Shown: positions 26,701-38,700 of the stretch, piece after piece | Numbering within the stretch: the stretch's first letter is position 1 | How the letters are laid out: every line of letters starts with the position of its first letter | Source of the DNA: Lytechinus pictus | Taxonomy: Eukaryota | Direction: 5' to 3' | NCBI RefSeq assembly: GCF_037042905.1 | Contig: NC_087251.1 | Coordinates: forward strand, 28,522,001 to 28,586,000 | DNA length: 64,000 nucleotides | Notes under the pieces: model-generated | Seen by the model: only the letters and a program-made list of their open reading frames with translations | What the model was told of the DNA's origin: nothing | The model's database searches: none | Translations under genes and position numbers: made by a program

Positions 26701-29700
26701 TTACCGTCTTATGCAAAAGTTTAAGACCAATCAAGCAGTTACACCAAATTAGACCAGTCAAGTGATATGTCATTTTCTAATTTACTATGTGGAGTCATGT
26801 GAGGATCAAGCGCAACCTAATCATGTGACCAGGTTAGACCCTGCTTGGCCAGGCCAGAAGAAAGACCATGATTTTAGTCTGTGGTTTGTCTATTGTTTAT
26901 TAGTGGTGCAGGAAATTAGTCATGATGTCATCATATAGGAAAAATCTGATTGGCTAAAATGATCAAAATCGCAGGAGGATTTGACATGTCAAATGTTTTT
27001 TGGTCCTCGGACCTTTGTATAATGTATTTGTGTTTTTATACCGTATAAATAAAATAAAATAAAGATTTGTTCTGCGATTTTTCTGCAACAAGTCGGTCGC
27101 AGCGTTGCATATTTTGGCTGGGCTTAAGCTTGTAATGTAGTATACAGCATAGGCAGAACGGGAAAAATGTTGCAGTTTGTAGAGCAACCAATGGGACAGT
27201 GTTGCCTCATCCCCCCCCCCCCCCCGCCCCACACATCCTGCTTTGACTTGCAACTTTCACAACAAAGTCACAGCTTACATTTACATACCAAAGATTTAGA
27301 ACATTTTTTTTACGGAGGTGAAAATTAGTAAAGGACAAATTAAATTTTATTTAAAGCTATCTCACTGGAAGTGTATGGAATTAAAATTCTGGAAAAATTT
27401 AGTAAAATGAGCTGCCGGGACTTGTCATGCTATGCAGAATATCTCAGATTAGCAAAAGACACCTGACAAATTGGTGTATGTCATCGTTTGTAATCCTGCT
27501 ATATAGCAAGAAGCTTGATATTCCCTGCTTATCACTAATACCCCAAGATTTCATTCCATCTTCCTCCTGATTGTAATTGCCCCTCCTTCAACACTCTGCT
27601 TTTGCTTCCTGCATGTCTTTATGTTTCCTTATGAAGGAAAGTTTCTTTGTATCTACATGTATGGGTATGCAGATAGGTCTACCTGTCACCACTTTTCTAA
27701 AGCTTTTTGTATTAAAGTTAAGAGCAGCTTTAAAGGGATGGTCCGGGCTTAAAATATTTATAACTTAATACGTAGAGTAGAATTCACTGAGCAAAATGCC
27801 GAAAATTTCATCAAAATCGGATAACAAATAATAAAGTTATTGAAGTTTAAAGTTTAGCAATATTTTGTGAAAACAGTCGTCATGAATATTCATTAGGTGG
27901 GCTGATGATGTCACATCTCCACTTTCCGTTTTCTTATGTTATTACATAAAATCATAATTTTTTCATTATTTCATACTTGTGTGAATAATATGTCTCCCTT
28001 GTAATGAAATACGTTGCAGCAATAAATATCTAATGTACTAAATCAGTTGTCAATCCAATTTTTCTAGTTCTTGGAGGAAAAAATTTGAATAAACCTAATT
28101 TCATATAATAAAATGCAAAAGAACAAGTGGGATGTGACATCATCATCCCACCTAATGAATATTCATGACGACTGTTTTAACAAAATATTGCTAAATTTTA
28201 AAATTAAATAACTTTGTTATTTGTTATCCGATTTTGATGAAATTTTCTACATTTTGCTCAGTGAATTCTACTCTATTTATTAAGCTATAAATACTTTCAG
28301 CCCGGACCATCCCTTTAAGAACGTGGTGAACTTTTCATATGCTCTAAATAATCACCAATGAACATTTAATGGTCGATATCATTTACCACAAGAAAGGATC
28401 ACCAGTCGTTCTTAAAGTCGCTCTTAACTTACGCTCAGCTTTATGAAACGGCCCCAGTTAATCAGTTGTTTCATACACTTTCTTTGTCATTCTTTTTTCC
28501 CCTTTCTTCCTTTTCTATTTCTCATCATCCCTGTCTGTATTCCAAAGTGCCAGTCCCCCTATCTCTCCCTTTCTCTCTCTTTCTTACTCTTTCTTGCTAT
28601 CTCCTGATCGTTTCCTTTCTCCCTTTCCCTCACTACATTAATCTCCCTCTCTCTCTCCCTTCATCTTTCTTTCTTACTCTTTCTCACTATATATCTCTCT
28701 CTCTCCCCTGCTCTTTTCCTTTCTCCCTTTCCCTCTCTACATTAATCTCCCTCTCTCTCTCCCTTCATCTTTCTTTCTTACTCTTTCTCACTATATATCT
28801 CTCTCTCTCCCCTGCTCTTTTCCTTTCTCCCTTTCCCTCTCTACATTAATCTCCCTCTCTCTCTCCCTTCATCTCCTCTCGTTCTGTATCTTTCTACTCA
28901 CCTCTGTTTCCCTCCTATCACATAAATCAACAATGTATGTACAGTTTAGTTTCTGCCACAATTCTACCTTTTCTTGCTGTTTAAGCTTTATTTGTTTGGC
29001 TGTTCTTGTTATTTATATACACTTATTAATTTTTTCTTATTTGATTTTTTTTTTATCTGCTTTAAACCTGTATTCTGTAGATGGAATCTCTTTGAAAAGG
29101 AAATAGGATGAGGGTTGTATGGAACTTGGTTTTTATTATTGTTTGATCTTTCTTTGTTGTGGGTGCTATACATCTCAGCAAAAATATATTCACACAAGTT
29201 ATTATGTTTATGGTGCATAACCATCGTGAATTAGTGAAAAGGCAAGGTGCATCTATTTCAGCATCTTATAGGGAGAATGATATTGTATTTTGCAGATCTG
29301 AATATACAGTACATGTAGTATAGCTGACTTTGTATTAGTGCATACATACATTCTCCCAAGTGATAATCAAAACATACATTTTGTAATCCTCAAATACTTG
29401 GCTTTGATACTTCAGAAAACAATATTTTTGTGTGTGATGAGGATAATGATACTCCCATCTGAAAGACTAGATGGCTCAGAAGTATGACGTTCAATGATCA
29501 ATAGATGAATAGATTTGGATTCAAAACCCCAATACTACTGCAATAATCATGCATGTACCCTCTACCAAGTCCCTTGGATAGGGGTTAGAGATTGCAGGTC
29601 GTCTTATCTATCCACTCATTTACTCTTTCTGTAGATAAACATCTACACCGTCATGAAATATCTGCATAGTACATGCATTGTATGTACTGAATATTTCATG

Positions 29701-32700
29701 GTGGGTTTTTCCACTATTAAAACCATCATGGTCATTCTCTTTCTGAGTGATACAAATAGAAATTTATAAGTACAATAAAATCCCATTAGGACAATGAGAC
29801 AAATTTCTGCTTTGAAACATACATTGATTACGTGATCTGGGTGAGCCCTGTAGGTAATCTTTGGTAAGTTAAAAAATTTTGTTAGGAAGTAAATGTTTAT
29901 TGACCCATTATTAGGTCCTATGTATGAGATAAACTGAGCATGAGTAATGTATATTGGAAATGTGCAATATACTGAAATCAGTGATGATCAATATGTCGAT
30001 TTTGTTTTTGCTTGCAACAGGTCTTAGAAAGTGAGGCAAACGGGTGTGAGGTGAAGTACAGGGATCTGGTACAGAAAGGAGAAGACCTCTTAGCTCTAGA
30101 TCCTCATCTTCCAGGTATCGCACATGATATCAAGACCTTACAGGACAACTGGGAGGAGCTTCAGAGGTTGCTGGGCAACCGACGTAATCAACTCAACACT
30201 GCCAAGATATTGCAGGTCAGCGATGTGAAGTTCACTTTTTTTTTTCTTTTTACTGATTTATCTTTTTTTCAGAACACTCCCTTATGAAATGGTGCTTAGG
30301 GGTATGAATGGCTTTTTGACTACTCAATGAAACTTTGTACACCACCTCACATGGTCGTGCATTTCTCTTTTCCCTCCTTCTGACATCATATATTTCATTC
30401 TTTAGACTGTTCACTGTATAATAAACAGACAGAAAGTCTTATGTGATTGTAGTTACTACTGCGGGGTTTTTTAGTATGACTAGAAATTTATGTTACATAT
30501 TTAGTCGTGTTAAATGCAAATTTGATACATGAAATCAGTTAGTAGGACTCATAGTTATGGTTATAGGAATAGAAGAATATGATTCTTTAACAATACAGCT
30601 GAAAATTCTGCCTGCTGTCACAAATAGGAAATTTCTAGAAGACTTCTTTTTTAAAGACTAGTGCCAATAATGATAATAATAATTCAAATAATATGCAACA
30701 TTTCTATAGGGCTAAATACTATTGTTGTAAGCAATGAAAGATATGTAAATGATTAAAGATGTTCGTCTTTTTTATTTCATTGATTACTAGGAACAATATC
30801 ACAAGATCCTAAAAGACTACATGGAGTTCCTTGACACAGCTGAGAGGAAGCTACAGAATAAAAACATCTCAGCTACTGATGTGAATGATCTTCATCAACA
30901 ACTCCAAAAGCACAAGGTAAAATATACACCCTTCCTGTATTAAATCTTGGTCCTGTCTCACAAGTAGTTGTGATTGATCCAATCAGATGCAACTATGGAT
31001 TGAAATCAGTATTGTAATTCTTCATCTAGGAAATGTATGCTCTATAACTTTGTTTTAAACAAGGAGGAGGATTTTGATTGGTCAGAACAATGATGAATGC
31101 ATAGATGTTCATCATATATGTATCATATCATATTATGTGGAGTGTTGTGGCCTAGTGGATTAGTCTCCAGACTTTGAAACAGAGGGTCGTTTTTGTCTCG
31201 CCTGCATAGCAGAGCGAGACTATAGGCGCCGCTTTTCCGACGGCGACGGCGGCGGCGGCGTCAACATCAAATCTTAACCTAAGGTTAAGTTTTTTAAATG
31301 ACATCATAACTTAGAAAGTATATGGACCTAGTTCATGAAACTTGGACATAAGGTTAATCAAGTATTACTGAACATCCTGCCTCAGTTTCAGGTCACATGA
31401 CCAAGGTCAAAGGTCATTTAGGGTCAATGAACTTAGACCATGTTGGTAAAATTATTTTCAAAATCTTAACCAAAGGTTAAGTTTTTGAAATGACATCATA
31501 ACTTAGAAAGTATATGGACCTAGTTCATGAAACTTGGGCATAAGGTTAACCAAGTATTAGTGAACATCCTGCTCGAGTTTCAGGTCACATGACCAAGGTC
31601 AAAGGTCATTTAGGGTCAATGAACTTTGGTCAAGTTGGGGGTATTTTTTGAATTACTATCATAAATTTAAAAATTTATGGATCTAGTTCATGAAACTTGG
31701 ACATAAGGTTAATCAAGTATTAGTGAACATCCTGCTCGAGTTTCAGGTCACATGACCAAGGTCAAAGGTCATTTAGGGTCAATGAACTTTGGTCAAGTTT
31801 GGGGTATTTGTTGAATTACTATCATAACTTTGAAAATTTATGGATCTAGTTCATGAAACTTGGACATTAGGTTAATCAAGTACCTCTAAATATCCTGTGC
31901 GAGTTTCAGGTCACATGACCATGGTCAATAGTCATTTAAGGTCAATGAACTTTGGCCAGGTTGGGGGTATTTGTTGAATTACTATCATAACTTTAAAAAT
32001 TTATGGATCTAGTTCATGAAACTTGGACATAAGGTTAATCAAGTATTAGTGAACATCCTGCCAGAGTTTCAGGTCACATGACCATAGTCAAAGGTCATTT
32101 AAGGTCAATGAACTTTGGCCGTGTTGGGGGTATTTGTTGAATTACTATCCTAACTCTGAAAGTTTATTGATCTATTTCATGAAACTTGGACATAAGGTTA
32201 ATCAAGTATTACTGAACATCCTGCCTCAGTTTCAGGTCACATGACCAAGGTCAAAGGTCATTTAGGGTCAATGAACTTAGACCATGTTGGTAAAATTATT
32301 TTCAAAATCTTAACCAAAGGTTAAGTTTTTGAAATGACATCATAACTTAGAAAGTATATGGACCTAGTTCATGAAACTTGGGCATAAGGTTAACCAAGTA
32401 TTAGTGAACATCCTGCTCGAGTTTCAGGTCACATGACCAAGGTCAAAGGTCATTTAGGGTCAATGAACTTTGGTCAAGTTGGGGGTATTTTTTGAATTAC
32501 TATCATAAATTTAAAAATTTATGGATCTAGTTCATGAAACTTGGACATAAGGTTAATCAAGTATTAGTGAACATCCTGCTCGAGTTTCAGGTCACATGAC
32601 CAAGGTCAAAGGTCATTTAGGGTCAATGAACTTTGGTCAAGTTTGGGGTATTTGTTGAATTACTATCATAACTTTGAAAATTTATGGATCTAGTTCATGA

Positions 32701-35700
32701 AACTTGGACATTAGGTTAATCAAGTACCTCTAAATATCCTGTGCGAGTTTCAGGTCACATGACCATGGTCAATAGTCATTTAAGGTCAATGAACTTTGGC
32801 CAAGTTGGGGGTATTTGTTGAATTACTATCATAACTTTAAAAATTTATGGATCTAGTTCATGAAACTTGGACATAAGGTTAATCAAGTATTAGTGAACAT
32901 CCTGCCAGAGTTTCAGGTCACATGACCATAGTCAAAGGTCATTTAAGGTCAATGAACTTTGGCCGTGTTGGGGGTATTTGTTGAATTACTATCCTAACTC
33001 TGAAAGTTTATTGATCTATTTCATAAAACTTGGGATATAAGAGTAATCAAGTATCACTGAACATCCTGTACGAGTTTCAGGTCATAAAACCAAGGTCAAA
33101 GGTCAGTTAAGGTCAATAAACTTAGGCCATGTTGGAGTAATTGTTGAATTGCCATCATAACTTTGAAAGTTCATGGATAGAGTGAATGAAATGTGGGCAT
33201 GGGTGTAGTTGACAAGTCTTAAGTCACCGTTCAAATGTCATCTATGGTCAATAAACGTGGTATTATGTCATTATATGAATGGTATTTTTGTGAATGATTA
33301 TTTTATAGTAGTTTTCAAAGTTAGCACTGCTGCTATATTAAATAGCGTAATGCAGGTGAGTCTGCCAGAGGCGTTCCACTTGTTTCTAATCCCAGCCACG
33401 GCGTAATTTCCTTTGGCAAGAAATTTCTCCACATTGTGCTGCACTCGACCCGGGTGAGGTGAGTGGGTACCCGGTAGGATTTATTCTTTGAACGCTTTAA
33501 GTCCCTCTTATGGGTGCTCAGCTACAGCCGGGGTAATAATATGATACCAAGTATCAAAGCGCAGTGGTGTATATGCACATAGTAACTGCGCTACTAAGTA
33601 TATTAATGGACTTATTATTATTATATATAGTAGAGAACATTGTGAAAGGATTTATGCGTTTGAGGTGACAATGTCATTGACCTTCTATGCATTATGATTT
33701 GTGATACATTCCATAACCTAAAAACCTAGTCTTCTTGTTGTATACAGTCCTTTGATACTTGTAGTTCTTCTTGGATATATTTGACAGACATATAATGGTT
33801 TTTGTATATTTAACGTACATGTAGATGTACGAGGCATAATATAGTGGATTTTAGAATAGGAATACATTTGCAATTACTGGTTGATTATTTCATAAATCAA
33901 TTAACTGACCTCAGTGTCATTCTTCAGTGACCTGGCCACTCATCATATCTTTGTATGGAAAGCATTTCCAATTATTGGTTGATTATTTGATATATTAATT
34001 GCTTGAGTGATTTGAATTTGATATAGGAATTCTTCAGTGACCTGGACACCCACCACATCCTGATAGAATCTATCGCTCAGAAAGCCGACCCGTTCACCCA
34101 GCAACTCTTCCATACCCAACGGTCAGAGCTTGACCGTCGCAGCCAAGCCATCACAGTTCAGTCCGCAGAGCGAGGCCAGACCTTGGAGGGATTGGTCAGC
34201 GAGTGGCGTGACCTTGATAAAAGTCTTACAGCGTTGAGTAGTTGGCTCGGTCACGTTGAAGCTCAGGTACCAAGTGGGATCAATGATGATACTCAGGAAA
34301 ATGTGCAGAAAGCCATTCATAAATACCAGGTAATGTTCCAATCACATTGTTAAAGTGAATCGGAGTAAAGCACAAAGTCACAATTACAATACATAATTCA
34401 TCCCTGCTGATTACCAACTTCAAAATTCAAAATGCATGTATATTTGTATTTCCTGCAGATTGTTAGTTATTTCGTTTGCTTGAATCCTGTCGGTATTTTC
34501 AATGATCCACCTCAACCCTCACTGAGTCACAAAAAGGGCACAGCTTACGCACATGTATTATGAAATGCACAAATGCCATTTCTATGTTTTTAAAGTTGAA
34601 TAAGGCCAAACTTTAACCGTTCATTATCTTATTGTATTGTATTCTTAACTTCAATCAATTTCATTTGAAAGTGACTAACCAAATTACTATTTTTTTTTTT
34701 ATTTCCAGGCAATGAAAGGACTACTTGAGGGCAAACAACCGTCGCTGCATCAGATAGAGTCCAGTGCCCAGGTTCTTCTTCAAAGCCTCACGTCACCACA
34801 GCTGGACAAGCGTCTGGCTTCACTCCATGACCAGTGGTCATCGGTCAATCAACGGGTCAAGCACGACCTAGCCTCCTGGACAGCTCTCTTGGAGGAGTGG
34901 AGAATGTTTGAAGAGGAGTCCTCTGAGCTGATACCTTGGTTGAGGAATGTTACTGATCACATGGCTACATTTAAGGATAAGGATCACACCACAAAACCTA
35001 TCTCAGATCAACTTGAAGAGTTCTCTGTAAGTAAAGCTCTCAATCTTTCATTTTGTAAAATTGCCATTTTATCATTTCAGCAGTATTTTTATGTCTAATA
35101 GATGGCTATGGGACGTTCAATAAAGTGAAAGACTCCCCATAAAAAATGGGGGAATCTATTCTGATTTTGGTGGCAGCGGTGGGATTATTCCTCACTAATG
35201 AAATTGTTTTCTCACTCAAATGTGATCTGATCAATATGTTATTACTTAAATGTAATGATTTTGTAGAATCCCTTAGCTTTATCGAAATGCCCTGGATGAA
35301 CAAACATGTCAGTGAAACAAAATCTACTTGTGCCAAATAATGTTGAATACTGGAAAGTTTTTTATAATTATATACAATATCAGAAATAAGTGTGTTTGTA
35401 CTTTACGATTCTGTGAATGACTGTGTTACAACTAATGATTGGAGCATATGCATTTGGTAAAAGCAAATGCTACTATTGTATTGATGTGATAAGTTAATCA
35501 CCCAAAGTTGAGAGATGTAATTCTTACCTCTGGCCAAATCAAGTACAATTTCATCCTGCTTTGATGAGTATTTCTGTGAATTAATGATTATGAATTTTTG
35601 TTTAAATTTTACAGAAACTTCAAAAAGATATAGAAACCCACACACCTCAGAAGGTATCAACAAGCAACCATGGCAATCATCTATTGAAATTGAAGCAGCT

Positions 35701-38700
35701 CAACACCCCTCCAATCAGGGAGAAGCTATCATGCATCGAGTCCCATTGGACAGACATTCAAAATGAACTACCTCAGCTCCAGGAAGACTTGCATCAATCT
35801 CAGGTTGGTTCTGACTTCCTAATTCCATGAATACTTATGTCTGTTTCCAGCTTGCTTAGTAAACTGTATTTTCGTGATGTTATTCTGCATCCAGATGCTT
35901 TATTCAGAAAAGGGAATTATTCAAAACAAAATCTTAAAACTATATACTACATACATTTTGGTTAGATAAAGTCAGTTGGGTAGATGGTAAGTTTTGTTGA
36001 CTTATATTACACAGGTAGTTTTCAGTTTGAATATTCATGGTGCTATTGTATTGTAATCATATGGTCATATCTTTTTTTATATACCTCCTTATGATTCTAC
36101 CATTCCCAAATAGCTTAGAGAATTAAATATGATTTGCACTGCTGCAATATTGAGTGTTAATATAATGTGATATTCAAAGCTGTATTCTTGTCAGAAATTC
36201 TGGATAAGTACCTTCATTTGTGAATCATTACTTGAGAATCCAGAGTTTGGCGAAAAGCAAATGTTGGATTGGGAAAGTCTCGCAAACTTGGTGGTATCAT
36301 CTTCTTATTGGATCCCACAGAAGAACAACATTATTTGGGTCTAGGAGGGCTATACAGTCAATTTTATTTGAGAAGGAATGGATAAATGAATAAAATAGAA
36401 ATGTTCTTCTTGTTGCAGATGGAGTTGCTACCTTCAAGACAAGCATTGAGTGAATTAATGCTATGGATGGATAATCTAGAATCAGCATTAGATTCCTACA
36501 AACATGAAATATTCACAAGCAGCGATGATGTAGAAGATGCCGTACAAGTGTACAAGGTATGTAGCCATTGACTAGAGCCTGTGCATTAGAAACGGAAGTA
36601 GGAGCCTCTTTCTAAATGATTACTTGCTGTGACAGAAAGTTGAAATTAAATGCATCTTCAGTAATCATGCAATTTCGATTTTCAACAAAGCAGAAGTGAG
36701 CATTTGAGACATCTTCTTCTTTTTTTTAGTTGAGTTCAAATGCAAATTTTTCTCCTTGTGTACAACATCCCGCATTAACATAATTCCAAACACCTTGCTG
36801 TTCTACACAGGGGTCAAGTCAATTAATTTGATATAAAAATCAATTCAAATCAAAATCAAGACTGGAAATTTGTCATAGCTCTCAAAGAAAGAAAAAAAAA
36901 TCAACTCAAAGGCATTGACCATTATTATCCTATCCTTTGCATTCTTGACACACACAGAATATGTTTCACTGTTAGTTTAACCTTTAAAACATTAATTTTT
37001 TGTCTCGCCTGCATAGCAGAGCGAGACTATAGGCGCCGCTTTTCCGACGGCGACGGCGTCAACGGCGTCAACATCAAATCTTAACCTAAGGTTAAGTTTT
37101 TGAAATGACATCATAACTTAGAAAGTCTATGGACCTAGTTCATGAAACTTGGACATAAGGTTAATCAAGTATTACTGAACATCCTGCCTGACTTTCAGGT
37201 CACATGACCAAGGTCAAAGGTCATTTAGGGTCAATGAACTTTCACCTTGTTGGGAGAATTATTTTCAAAATCTTAACCAAAGGTTAAGTTTTTGAAATGA
37301 CATCATAACTTAGAAAGTATATGGACCTAGTTCATGAAACTTGGGCATAAGGTTAATCAAGTATAAGTGAACATCCTGCTCGAGTTTCAGGTCACGTGAC
37401 CAAGGTCAAAGGTCATTTAGGGTCAATGAACTTTGGCAAAGTTGGGGGTATTTGTTGAATTACCATCATAACTTTGAAAATTTATGGATCTAGTTCATGA
37501 AACTTAGACATTAGGTTAATTAAGTACCACTGAATATCCTGTGCGAGTTTCAGGTCACATGACCATGGTCAAAGGTCATTAAAGGTCAATGAACTTTGGC
37601 CGTGTTGGGGGTATTTGTTGAATTACCATCCTAACTCTGAAAGTTTATGGATCTAGTTCATAAAACTTGGGATATAAGAGTAATCAAGTATCACTGAACA
37701 TCCCCTGTGAGTTTCAGGTCACAAAACCAAGGTCAAAGGTCAGTTAAGGTCAATAAACTTAGGCCATGTTGGGGTAATTGCTGAATTGCCATCATAACTT
37801 TGAAAGTTTATAGATAGAGTGAATGAAATGTGGACATGGGTGTAGTTGACAAGTCTTAAGTCACCGTTCAAATGTCATTTATGGTCAATGAACGTGGTAT
37901 TATGTCATTATATGAATGGTGTTTTTGTGAATGATTATTTTATAGTAGTTTTCAAAGTTAGCACTGCTGCTATATTAAATCGCGTAATGCAGGCGAGACT
38001 GCCAGAGGCGTTCCACTTGTTTAATTATCAAATCGCCATTATTTTTTCCAAACCACCTTTGAAAATATTTCAGCAGCCTTTGATAATATACAGGATAAAA
38101 ATTAACTGAAAGCAGAGATGGTAACAAAATAACAAAAGTGAGATGTAATAAAATAGGAGAATTTTGTACATTTTAAATGTCCACATTCTAAGTTTATATT
38201 CAAATGTATTGACTCTTGATAATTTGTTATCTTTGTACAGGGTTATAAGGTCGACTTGTCATGTCATCTTCTGACCGTTGAGTTTGTCAACCAATCCATT
38301 CTTCAAATGAGTCAGGACATTGAGAGTCGGAGAGGAGATAAAACAGACTTTGCTGAAAAACTTGGTACCATGAACCAGAGGTGGCAGGTATGAATTGAAA
38401 TATTATCATTTCAGGGGAGCATTTCATGAAATAAATAGGATACAAATAATGCATGTATGCGCATGCATGTAGGGCCAAATAATGAACGATGTGCAAGAAG
38501 AGCCAATGGATATAACCGCACCGAGGTCCGCAGGACTGAGTGCGGTATATCCATTTGGCGAGTCGAGCACAGAGTTCTTTATTTAGGTCCTCTATGCACA
38601 AGAATGCGTGCATTGTTTTGTTTCATACAACCCCCAATGTTACTGAGTTGCCTTGAATGCTGATCTAAATACTAGATCTAGTCTGCGCTGCCAAGCTGAT

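Noticed and set aside
31330..33130. CRISPR-like array
   Set aside because: Units are fully repeated with no unique spacers; eukaryotic intron; no cas genes.
33209..33406. Duplicated ORF MTSLKSPFKCHLWS (also at 37846)
   Set aside because: Non-ATG start; simply the shared 3' part of two copies of a non-autonomous element.
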